Source: Minisyncoccota bacterium (GTDB lineage: Bacteria; Patescibacteriota; Minisyncoccia; UBA6257; JAAZHW01). From it: 35,030 bases of DNA. Position numbers and translations under genes: made by a program. The stretch's first letter is position 1, and every line of letters starts with the position of its first letter. The stretch spans positions 1-35,030 of the forward strand of contig JAQVHD010000002.1 in the NCBI GenBank assembly GCA_028696375.1, given 5' to 3'. A model generated the notes under the pieces. It was not told where the DNA came from, ran no database searches, and saw only the letters and a list, made by a program, of their open reading frames with translations. Shown piece after piece: positions 16,918 through 24,082 of this stretch.

Positions 16918-16948
16918 AAGACCGCTTTTTAAGCGGTCTTTTATTCTA
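16918..16948. terminator. Bidirectional rho-independent terminator (AAGACCGCT tttta AGCGGTCTT + T-rich tail)
   Basis: Perfect 9-bp stem between the convergent 198-aa ORF (+) and murF (-). The T-rich tail overlaps the murF stop codon. Confidence 0.8.
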
Positions 16949-18182
16949 TTTTTAATTCTTCAACAATTTTTTCTAACTGCATGGCATGTGATCCTTTCAC
17001 CAAAATGACATCATTATTGGTGATTGCTTTTTTAATCATTTTACTAGCACTTTCACTGTTATTAAAAATCAGCACTTTATTTTTATCGAGGCCGTGCTTA
17101 ATGGCTGAATCAGCGATGAGTCGAGCTGCGGACCCCACACAAATAAGAAAATCAACTTTCTTAGCTGTTTCTTTTCCAATTTCTTCATGAGCTTCGGTAG
17201 TATATTTTCCTAATTCGAGCATATCGCCTAAAACTGCTACTTTACGACGTTGCGTAAAAGAGCTTAAAGTTTCAAGGGCAGCTTTCATTGAAATTGGCGA
17301 AGCATTGTAGCAATCATCTAAAATAACACTATTTTTAATTCCTTTAAGAATTCTCATTCGATGATCAGGTGGCTGATAATTAGCTAAATAATCACTAATT
17401 TTCACTAAATTGATGCCAAAAACAATTCCTACCGCTACCGCAGCAGCGATGGAATAAATCTGAGGCTTACCCATTACTCGGTAAAGGTGGAATGGCACAA
17501 AAACATTGCCATACTGAATTTTAAAAGTAATACCCTCTGGAAATTCATTCTCATCAAATTTATATTCAAAATTAATAATTTGGATATCGGCATCTTCTTC
17601 AAAACCATAACTAACCACATGAGCCCGTGTTTTCGTTCTTAAATCCCAAACAAAATCATCGTCGCGATTCAAAATAGCAAAACCATTCGCTGGCAAAAAC
17701 TCTATCAAATGCGCTTTTTCTCGAGCAACAGCGGCAGGATTAGGATAAAATTCCACATGAACCGGAATTTTTCCGATGGCAGTGATAATGCCTATTTTTG
17801 GTCGCGCCAAACGCGTTAGATATTCTATATCTCCTGGTCGATCTGCTGCCATTTCTAATACCAAAATTTCAGGATAATTTTTATTAAAAACAACCAACTG
17901 ACCTAATGCTTGAAAAATGACTTTTGGCCAAAATAAAATTCCTCGAATTTCTTTATAATCGCCTAAAATAGTTAGAGGCACTCCCAGTTCATTATTAAAA
18001 TTGCCTTGCGAACGTCTTGTTCGCCGCTCCCCTTTTAAAACAGCATAAACGGCCTCCTTGGTTGAAGTTTTACCAACGCTACCCGTAATGCCAATTACGG
18101 CTGGTTTATATTTAGCAAGTGTCCACTGAGCTAGTAATCGCAGAATATTTTTTAAGATATTAAAAACGGGGCGGGATTTCAT
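16941..18182 (-). CDS. murF: UDP-N-acetylmuramoyl-tripeptide--D-alanyl-D-alanine ligase
   Basis: Mur ligase P-loop GITGSVGKTSTKE and dcw-cluster position after ftsI; 413 aa. Confidence 0.9.
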   Translation of the reverse strand: MKSRPVFNILKNILRLLAQWTLAKYKPAVIGITGSVGKTSTKEAVYAVLKGERRTRRSQGNFNNELGVPLTILGDYKEIRGILFWPKVIFQALGQLVVFNKNYPEILVLEMAADRPGDIEYLTRLARPKIGIITAIGKIPVHVEFYPNPAAVAREKAHLIEFLPANGFAILNRDDDFVWDLRTKTRAHVVSYGFEEDADIQIINFEYKFDENEFPEGITFKIQYGNVFVPFHLYRVMGKPQIYSIAAAVAVGIVFGINLVKISDYLANYQPPDHRMRILKGIKNSVILDDCYNASPISMKAALETLSSFTQRRKVAVLGDMLELGKYTTEAHEEIGKETAKKVDFLICVGSAARLIADSAIKHGLDKNKVLIFNNSESASKMIKKAITNNDVILVKGSHAMQLEKIVEELKIE

Positions 18183-19863
18183 AATAGTCTAAAATAAACT
18201 TAGTTAAGTCTCGAAACATTGGCACAACAGTCGACCCTGCTAATGGCGCCTCTGGCTTGTCTAATTTGACCAAAACAATAAAGCGGGGATCCTCAGCCGG
18301 CGCATAACCAATGAAGGATTGAATGGTTTTACTAGAATAAGTACCCTTGGCATCTGGAATTTGGGCCGTGCCAGTTTTTCCTGCAATTTGATAACCTTTA
18401 ATTTCTGCTACTTTGTTTTTTTCTACGGAATTGACCATAATTATTCTTAATTGATTAGCCACTTCTGCACTAATAATTTGTTCTTTGGGTTTTGGTTCAA
18501 TTATTTTTTCCTGATTACCCTCTGAATCAATAATGGATTCTGTCACATAAGGCGTCATCATTAATCCGTTGTTAGCAATAGCAGCAAAGGCATTAATCAT
18601 TGCAATAGGGGTAACAGAAATGCCCTGACCAAAAGAAGCAGTGGCAAAATAAATATCATTAAAGCTTTTCAAATTATTAATATTGCCTACAGTTTCATTG
18701 GGTAAATCAATTCCCGTTTTCTGATTGAACCCAAAATCTAAAACATACTGATGAAAAATATCATGACCAATCAATTTTTCTAAATATACCGCGCCAGTAT
18801 TTAAACTATAGGCGATGATATCAAAAACATTACAAGCACCGTGAGCCTTCAAATCCCAATTTTGAATCTTTTTACCATTTACAATAACTTCTCCATTATC
18901 ATAAAATTGAGTTTGAGGAGTAATACGATGAGAGTCCAAGCCAGCGGCTACGGTAATAATTTTAAAAACTGATCCCGGTTCATATGTTAACTGTGTCGCT
19001 GGATTTAAAAATGAGGTGAGTGGATAAGAAGAATAATGATTGGGATCAAAATTAGGATAATTAGCTAAAGCTAAAACCTTGCCTGTTTTTGGCTCCATTA
19101 CAATAATTGTTCCACCTTCAGCTTTCCATTCTTTCACGTTTTTTTGTAGCAAATCCTCTGCTTTTTTTTGAATATTAAAATCTATTGTGGTAATAATATC
19201 GCTATTGGAACGACTATAAGTTAGGTTTTTCAATGATAAAAAATCGAATAAATTCTTAGATTGAGATTGATTAGATAAATAATCATCATAGTATTTTTCT
19301 AAACCATATTGTCCGTGAAAATCCTTGACGTCGTCTTTTGCATAGCCAATGACTTGAGAAGCAAATTCTTGATAGGGGTAATATCGACCAATATATTCCT
19401 TGGTATAAACTCCTTTCAAATGGAGATCGTTGACTTTTTGAGCCGACGCTTCATCGACTTTTTTCATTACTAGTTCATACAAACTTTGTTTTTTGGAAAA
19501 TTTGATTATTAAATCTTCATAAGACAAATCGAACTGCTTCGATAAAATCTCAGCAGTTTCTACAACATCTTCAATCTCTTTTGGAACAGCATAAATTTCA
19601 AAAAATCTCTTGTTAACCGCTACTGGAATCAAAGACCCATCTCGGGTTTGAAAATAAATAGTCCCTCTCAAGTATTGCAGGTTGTTTTTAATTTGTTCCG
19701 TTGTTTTTACTTGAGCGGCTGCTTTTTGAGAAAAATCTTCATAATGAAGAATTTGTAATGAGTAAAGCCGCCATAGCATTATTCCAGCACTTAAAACAAA
19801 AATAATTAAAATAAAATATAAACGCCAATTATTTAAAAATTGTTTCGTTTTTTTTCGTCTCAT
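18160..19863 (-). CDS. ftsI: Class B penicillin-binding protein (FtsI/PBP2-type transpeptidase)
   Basis: N-terminal TM helix; SxxK (GSVFKIIT), SxN (YSLNTG) and KTG (GKTGTA). It overlaps murF by 23 nt. Confidence 0.9.
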   Translation of the reverse strand: MRRKKTKQFLNNWRLYFILIIFVLSAGIMLWRLYSLQILHYEDFSQKAAAQVKTTEQIKNNLQYLRGTIYFQTRDGSLIPVAVNKRFFEIYAVPKEIEDVVETAEILSKQFDLSYEDLIIKFSKKQSLYELVMKKVDEASAQKVNDLHLKGVYTKEYIGRYYPYQEFASQVIGYAKDDVKDFHGQYGLEKYYDDYLSNQSQSKNLFDFLSLKNLTYSRSNSDIITTIDFNIQKKAEDLLQKNVKEWKAEGGTIIVMEPKTGKVLALANYPNFDPNHYSSYPLTSFLNPATQLTYEPGSVFKIITVAAGLDSHRITPQTQFYDNGEVIVNGKKIQNWDLKAHGACNVFDIIAYSLNTGAVYLEKLIGHDIFHQYVLDFGFNQKTGIDLPNETVGNINNLKSFNDIYFATASFGQGISVTPIAMINAFAAIANNGLMMTPYVTESIIDSEGNQEKIIEPKPKEQIISAEVANQLRIIMVNSVEKNKVAEIKGYQIAGKTGTAQIPDAKGTYSSKTIQSFIGYAPAEDPRFIVLVKLDKPEAPLAGSTVVPMFRDLTKFILDYYEIPPRF

Positions 19864-19872
19864 TTAAATATA

Positions 19873-20274
19873 TTATAAATTATTCAAATTAGTTAATCCA
19901 ACTTCTGTTTGGGGATTTTGATTCAAAGAAAAATAGGTTGGAGCGTTCACTAAAATTAATCCCTTTTTTTCTACGATGGGCGCGAAAGTATCAAAAGTTT
20001 GGACTGAAGCCACCTGATTTTTTAATTCGGCATTTTTTTGTTCGAAAATGATCGATTGCGATGTTAAATCTTTTATATCCAAACGATAATTAGCCATCTT
20101 AACTTGTAAAACAGAAACGCCGATGACGCTGGTAATAATTAACACTACGAGCATCACATTGAATAAAGCAATAAAAGAAAACCGAGATGCTAAAGCTCTA
20201 TTATTCTTTTTTTGCCAATTCATTCGTTGTGTCACTAGATTATAACGATTATGTTTTAAACTAATTACTGTCAT
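19873..20274 (-). CDS. ftsL: FtsL-like cell division protein (single TM helix plus coiled coil)
   Basis: Positioned between rsmH and ftsI, with a TM helix FIALFNVMLVVLIITSVIGVSVL followed by a heptad-rich segment. There is no strong sequence signature. Confidence 0.5.
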   Translation of the reverse strand: MTVISLKHNRYNLVTQRMNWQKKNNRALASRFSFIALFNVMLVVLIITSVIGVSVLQVKMANYRLDIKDLTSQSIIFEQKNAELKNQVASVQTFDTFAPIVEKKGLILVNAPTYFSLNQNPQTEVGLTNLNNL

Positions 20275-21167
20275 ATTATTTTTTGGGCCACCCGCAATTT
20301 AGCGGAACGACTGCGATAATTATTTAAAATTTCGACCTTGGTGGGAGTAATGGGTTTTTTAGTAATAATTTTAAGAACTCCCTCTTTTTGCTGATCTCTA
20401 AAAAAATTTTTAACAATTCGATCCTCCAACGAATGATAACTTACAACAGCAATTCTTCCCTTTTTTTCTAAAATTTCCGCTGATCCCCTTAATGCTTGGC
20501 CTAGATTATTTAATTCATCATTTACATAAATGCGGAGAGCTTGAAAAACTTTTGTGGCGGGATGAATTTTGGTTTTTTTAACGCCACATTTCATAATAAT
20601 ATTTACTAATTGACCTGTGGTTGTTATCCTTTCCTTTTCTCTTGCTTCGCCAATGGCTTTTGCAATCCGATAGGCGTTTTTTTCTTCTCCGTATTCTCGA
20701 AAAATTTTCGCAAGCTCATTAACGTCCATTTCATTTATAACCTTTTCGGCTGTCAACGTATTTCGAGGATCAAAGGTCATTTTTAATGGTTCGTCTCGCA
20801 AAAAAGAAAATCCCCTTTGCGATTCTTCAATTTGGAAAGTGCCCAATCCTAAATCGAAAACAACGCCATTAACAGATTCGAAGTTCTCTTTTCGGGCAAT
20901 CTTAGCAATGTCTTTAAAATTTCCTTGTCGAAAAATCACTCGCTCTCCAAAGGCCATCAATTTCTTCTCGGCCAATTTCAATGCCTCACCATCCAAATCA
21001 ATGCCCAAAACTTTTCCAAAAGGAGCCGTATGCTGAAGAATTGCTAAAGTATAACCGCCCTCTCCTACCGTGGCATCAATAAAATTTTCATTCGATTGAG
21101 GATTAAGGAATTGTATAACTTCTTGTAAAAGAACAGGTATGTGCATAGAGTGGTGGCTATATCCCAA
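20271..21167 (-). CDS. rsmH: 16S rRNA (cytosine1402-N4)-methyltransferase
   Basis: HIPVLLQEV...DATVGEGGYT...DLGLGTFQIE...SYHSLEDRIVK. The start could instead be the internal Met at 21146 (MHIPVLL). Confidence 0.93.
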   Translation of the reverse strand: MGYSHHSMHIPVLLQEVIQFLNPQSNENFIDATVGEGGYTLAILQHTAPFGKVLGIDLDGEALKLAEKKLMAFGERVIFRQGNFKDIAKIARKENFESVNGVVFDLGLGTFQIEESQRGFSFLRDEPLKMTFDPRNTLTAEKVINEMDVNELAKIFREYGEEKNAYRIAKAIGEAREKERITTTGQLVNIIMKCGVKKTKIHPATKVFQALRIYVNDELNNLGQALRGSAEILEKKGRIAVVSYHSLEDRIVKNFFRDQQKEGVLKIITKKPITPTKVEILNNYRSRSAKLRVAQKII

Positions 21168-21588
21168 AATTAATCAATTTTTCTGCAATATCATTAGCAT
21201 CCCTCTCTGTTTTAAGACGATATTCATTCCAGAGATTTTCATCCCAAATTTCTAAACGATTATTCACACCAGCAATAACCACCTTCTTATTCAAACCGGC
21301 AAATTTTCTTAAATAATCGGGAATAAGGACTCGCCCTTGCTGATCAATTTCTGCTTCCACTGCTCCCGCTAGCATAAATCGAGAAAAGGCTCGGGAATTA
21401 GCCTGAGAGAGTGGTAAATTAGCTAAATGAGTTAGCAGTAACTCCCACTCCTTTTTTGGATAAACAAATAAACAAGAATCCAATCCTCGAGTAATAACTA
21501 CCGTTTCGCCCAGCTCATGCCGCATTTTCGCCGGAAGAGCAACTCGTCCTTTGTTATCCAGATTGTAATGATATTCGCCGATGAGCAT
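21157..21588 (-). CDS. mraZ: Transcriptional regulator MraZ
   Basis: MLIGEYHYNLDNKGRVALPAKMR plus a second DxxGR repeat (IDQQGRVLIP). I prefer ATG 21588; the track start 21633 would translate the operator repeats. Confidence 0.93.
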   Translation of the reverse strand: MLIGEYHYNLDNKGRVALPAKMRHELGETVVITRGLDSCLFVYPKKEWELLLTHLANLPLSQANSRAFSRFMLAGAVEAEIDQQGRVLIPDYLRKFAGLNKKVVIAGVNNRLEIWDENLWNEYRLKTERDANDIAEKLINFGI

Positions 21589-21593
21589 ATTAA

Positions 21594-21643
21594 TTATCCA
21601 CAATTTAGTTTGGTTATCCCCACAGTTATCCACAATTCCCCAC
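21594..21643 (-). promoter_or_regulatory. Putative MraZ operator: direct GTGG(G/A) boxes at exact 10-bp phasing (x3), plus a fourth box 22 bp downstream
   Basis: Minus strand reads GTAGTGGGGAATTGTGGATAACTGTGGGGATAACC...ATTGTGGATAAttaatATG. The boxes lie between the predicted -10 and the mraZ ATG. Two boxes are perfect TTATCCACA on the plus strand (21594-21602 and 21626-21634). Confidence 0.55.
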
Positions 21644-21652
21644 TACAATTAC

Positions 21653-21681
21653 ATAATACACAATTTTAAATATGATTGCAA
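21653..21681 (-). promoter_or_regulatory. P_mra-type promoter TTGCAA(21676-21681)-17 nt-TATTAT(21653-21658)
   Basis: Reverse complement reads TTGCAAtcatatttaaaattgtgTATTAT, followed by the box array. Confidence 0.5.
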
Positions 21682-21725
21682 AATGAGAATTAAGCGGTAA
21701 ATGCATTATTTTTTGAGAAAATAAA

Positions 21726-21760
21726 ATTTAAAAAGCCGCATAAAATGCGGCTTTTTTTCT
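21726..21760 (-). terminator. Rho-independent terminator after the DUF763/DUF4258-like operon
   Basis: Minus strand reads AAAAAAAGCCGCAttttaTGCGGCTTTTTAAATTTT. Confidence 0.8.
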
Positions 21761-21783
21761 ATTATCCCTTTTATTTTGTTTGC

Positions 21784-21805
21784 TTATTTCCACAGCTTAT
21801 CCACA
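21784..21805 (-). promoter_or_regulatory. Two further TTATCCACA-type boxes: TTATTTCCACA (21784-21794) and perfect TTATCCACA (21797-21805)
   Basis: Same orientation as the boxes at 21594-21643, located in the 3' UTR of the upstream operon. Function unknown. Confidence 0.35.
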
Positions 21806-21814
21806 CCGATAATC

Positions 21815-22201
21815 TTAATTAACAAAAAGGCCTTTTTTAAGAAATTCCCACTCGTCTTCTGGAAGTTGTGGTAATTCACGAATGGGTGTTTTTCCGGGGT
21901 ATCTCCAAACACTAATAATACGAATTCTTTGATGAAGCGGGTTGATTTTAATTTTTTTATTTCTTTTGTTGTTTTTTATTTTTATCTCTTGAAACATCAC
22001 CCAAATTTCTTTGGGATGCTTAGGAGTGCCAACGCTTTGCATCGCAGCAATTGTTTGAGGAGCAATGCCTTCTTCAATGCGATGCGGTGTATGCAACACT
22101 CTTCTAATGCGAGATTCCGATAATTGATACTGCATCATCTTTTCAATAGCGTGTTTTGTCCAAATAATTGTTTCTGAGTCTTGAGGAACTTTAAAACGCA
22201 T
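21815..22201 (-). CDS. Hypothetical 128-aa protein, DUF4258-like (toxin-type fold) with a Lys/Asn-rich insertion
   Basis: TKHAIEKMMQYQLSESRIRRVL...EIWVMFQE...IRIISVWRY resembles the DUF4258 pattern (HAxeRMxeRgIs...vl...). Assigned from memory only. Confidence 0.5.
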   Translation of the reverse strand: MRFKVPQDSETIIWTKHAIEKMMQYQLSESRIRRVLHTPHRIEEGIAPQTIAAMQSVGTPKHPKEIWVMFQEIKIKNNKRNKKIKINPLHQRIRIISVWRYPGKTPIRELPQLPEDEWEFLKKGLFVN

Positions 22202-22204
22202 AAT

Positions 22205-23362
22205 TTATTTTGAGGTTTTTAATTTATTGAAGATTTTGTTCTTTTCGTTTATTTGTAATTTACTCTTAGAAACAACGTCGGCAAAAAATTTGATAGTTTG
22301 ATCGTATGTTTGTCGATCCACAGGATAAGGCGTACTATCTTTTCCTCCGTGGGCAAAAGAATAGCGAGCGGGATCGCGATAGGAAGGTTTTGCTCCATAG
22401 ATAATTTCTGAAACAAGTGATAAAGCTCGAATGGTTTTTGGTCCAACTCCTTTAAGCGAAAGCAATTTTTCATATGTTTCCGGCTGATGCTCACAAACGA
22501 GGTATAAAATTTTTTGTAAGTATTTATTTTTGAAAAAATCTTTCCTAACAACAGGATGCCAAACAAATTCACGATTTTCTAAATTAAGAAATATCGTTTG
22601 CTGACCGTTGGATTTCACCTTCGCCATTTGGGAGTAGTCCGAAAAATATTTAGCTAAAATTTTTATGTCCTTCATTAAATCATAATAATTCCCCTGCACA
22701 AGTTCAGTGCTTACTTGTCGGGTTCTTTCGCTTTCAAGCGCTGTTAAATTAAGCGCTGGCTGATTAAGTAGTTGGCTAACGATTCCTGTATGAGGTTCTT
22801 TCACTAAATCAGTAACTTTTTTGGAGTACCAGTGATAGCGTCGCGCTGATTGATTTTTAATATTCATCCCCTGTTGGATGACAGCCCAACTACCATTTTT
22901 TGAGAAAAACAGAGCATGATGATAAATCTGAAAACCATCTTGAATTAAAGCACTATCAACTTTTGCCGTCATTTTTGAATTATAAACCAAGGAATTAACG
23001 TAGCCATCGGGAAGACTTAAAATACTGCCCCACTGCTCTATTTCGTCAGGAGTTTTTCGAGATGTTTTCCCTTTCCCACCGCAGATAAAAATTCCGAGTT
23101 CTTTTTCTCTCCCTCTGATAGCTTCCTTCAACGCTGCTGTTAAGACTGTTGTCAGGCCAGATGCATTCCAATCAAAAGCCAAAACTGTTCCCAATGATTG
23201 AAACCAAACTGGATCAGCAATTCTTTTAATAAATTCGTCTGGACTATATTCACTAATCATCACTTCGATTATTTCCCTCCCCAAATTAGTCATTCGCTCA
23301 AAAAGCCAACGAGGGCATTTTCCTTCATCTAATCCAAATGTGGCTATGCCGCGATAAATCAT
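22205..23362 (-). CDS. DUF763-family protein with a C-terminal helix-hairpin-helix
   Basis: GKCPRWLFERM...DPVWFQSLGTVLAFDWNASGLTTVLTAALKEA...GGKGKTSRKTPDEI matches my recollection of the DUF763 (PF05559) N-terminal block. HhH motif: LKGVGPKTIRAL. Confidence 0.7.
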   Translation of the reverse strand: MIYRGIATFGLDEGKCPRWLFERMTNLGREIIEVMISEYSPDEFIKRIADPVWFQSLGTVLAFDWNASGLTTVLTAALKEAIRGREKELGIFICGGKGKTSRKTPDEIEQWGSILSLPDGYVNSLVYNSKMTAKVDSALIQDGFQIYHHALFFSKNGSWAVIQQGMNIKNQSARRYHWYSKKVTDLVKEPHTGIVSQLLNQPALNLTALESERTRQVSTELVQGNYYDLMKDIKILAKYFSDYSQMAKVKSNGQQTIFLNLENREFVWHPVVRKDFFKNKYLQKILYLVCEHQPETYEKLLSLKGVGPKTIRALSLVSEIIYGAKPSYRDPARYSFAHGGKDSTPYPVDRQTYDQTIKFFADVVSKSKLQINEKNKIFNKLKTSK

Positions 23363-23369
23363 AATATTA

Positions 23370-23398
23370 ATTATATAATCTCAAATCTTAAATCTCAA
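23370..23398 (-). promoter_or_regulatory. Promoter TTGAGA(23393-23398)-17 nt-TATAAT(23370-23375); ATG 23362 lies 7 nt after the -10 (leaderless type)
   Basis: Reverse complement reads TTTGAGATTTGAGATTTAAGATTTGAGATTATATAATtaatattATG. The -35 is one unit of the heptamer array. Confidence 0.55.
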
Positions 23399-23404
23399 AT
23401 CTCA
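23377..23404 (+). repeat. Tandem heptamer array aatctca aatctta aatctca aatctca (equals (TTTGAGA)4 on the minus strand)
   Basis: Read directly. Nearly identical to 7533-7560, including the downstream aaaatga extension. Confidence 0.65.
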
Positions 23405-23516
23405 AAATGACAAAGTAAAATAACATGAAAAATAATAATGAATAAAACAACCCAAGATCCCACTTGCTTTATTTTTTAAAACATATCTAACTTAAATTTG
23501 AAATTTTATTGATACT

Positions 23517-23544
23517 TTGCATTTTTTGAAGAATTTATTAAAAT
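23517..23544 (+). promoter_or_regulatory. Candidate tRNA-Val promoter TTGCAT-16 nt-TAAAAT
   Basis: TTGCAT (23517-23522) and TAAAAT (23539-23544); the mature tRNA 5' end is 10 nt downstream. Confidence 0.4.
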
Positions 23545-23554
23545 AGATACGGAT

Positions 23555-23628
23555 GGGTAATTAGCTCAGTTGGTTAGAGCGCGTCGTTCACATCGACGAG
23601 GTCGCAGGTTCGAATCCTGCATTACCCA
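23555..23628 (+). tRNA. tRNA-Val (anticodon CAC), CCA not encoded
   Basis: Manual cloverleaf: GGGTAAT/ATTACCC acceptor, GCTC-AGTTGGTTA-GAGC, CGTCG-TTCACAT-CGACG, GCAGG-TTCGAAT-CCTGC; 74 nt. Confidence 0.9.
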
Positions 23629-23636
23629 CTAATTTA

Positions 23637-23679
23637 TAAAAGCAGCCACGCCCTCTTTAAGAGGGCGTGGCTGCTTTTA
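23637..23679. terminator. Strong bidirectional terminator (AGCAGCCACGCCCTC tttaa GAGGGCGTGGCTGCT flanked by A- and T-runs)
   Basis: Perfect 15-bp GC-rich stem between convergent tRNA-Val (+) and rplL (-). Confidence 0.9.
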
Positions 23680-23689
23680 TCCTTTCAAT

Positions 23690-24079
23690 TTATTTAATTT
23701 CTACTGTCGCACCAGCTTCTTCTAATGTCTTTTTGATCTGTTCGGCCTCTTCCGGTTTAATTCCTTGCTTAATAGCTTTAGGCGCCGCATCAACCAAATC
23801 TTTAGCTTCTTTTAAACCCAAACCGGTTAAATCCTTAACCAGTTTAATTACCTGTACTTTTGAATCTCCGGCGCTCTGCAAAATGACGTCCACCGTTGTT
23901 TTTTCTTCAGCACCAGCAGCTGCACCGCTGTTTCCGCCTTGAGCCACGGCCATTATTTGAGGAGCAGCAGAAACACCAAATTTTTCTTCTAAGGCTTTAA
24001 CCAATTGAGACAATTCTACCACATTCAATTTTTCTATTGCCTCAATGATATCAGTTATTTTTTTATCAACTTCGCTCAT
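23690..24079 (-). CDS. rplL: 50S ribosomal protein L7/L12
   Basis: N-terminal dimerisation helix, Ala/Gly hinge, and C-terminal domain [24 protein letters not shown]. Confidence 0.95.
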   Translation of the reverse strand: MSEVDKKITDIIEAIEKLNVVELSQLVKALEEKFGVSAAPQIMAVAQGGNSGAAAGAEEKTTVDVILQSAGDSKVQVIKLVKDLTGLGLKEAKDLVDAAPKAIKQGIKPEEAEQIKKTLEEAGATVEIK

Positions 24080-24082
24080 AAA

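Noticed and set aside
21594-21805. Replication origin (oriC), based on the cluster of TTATCCACA DnaA boxes
   Set aside because: Not accepted as the primary call. All boxes share one orientation, three are phased at exactly 10 bp between a promoter and mraZ (classic MraZ operator geometry), and dnaA/dnaN are not in the window. It is kept as an open alternative in the findings.
23667-23942. A 91-aa plus-strand ORF overlapping rplL
   Set aside because: It is antisense to a highly conserved ribosomal protein gene and begins inside the terminator hairpin, so it is spurious. The same reasoning applies to the other short track ORFs nested in conserved genes, such as 1566-1748, 1850-2089, 2455-3150, 5194-5479, 6326-6556, 8721-8915, 10910-11212, 14575-14832, 16319-16627, 20839-21036, 22249-22572, 27089-27976, 31096-31727, 32426-32620 and 34725-34982.
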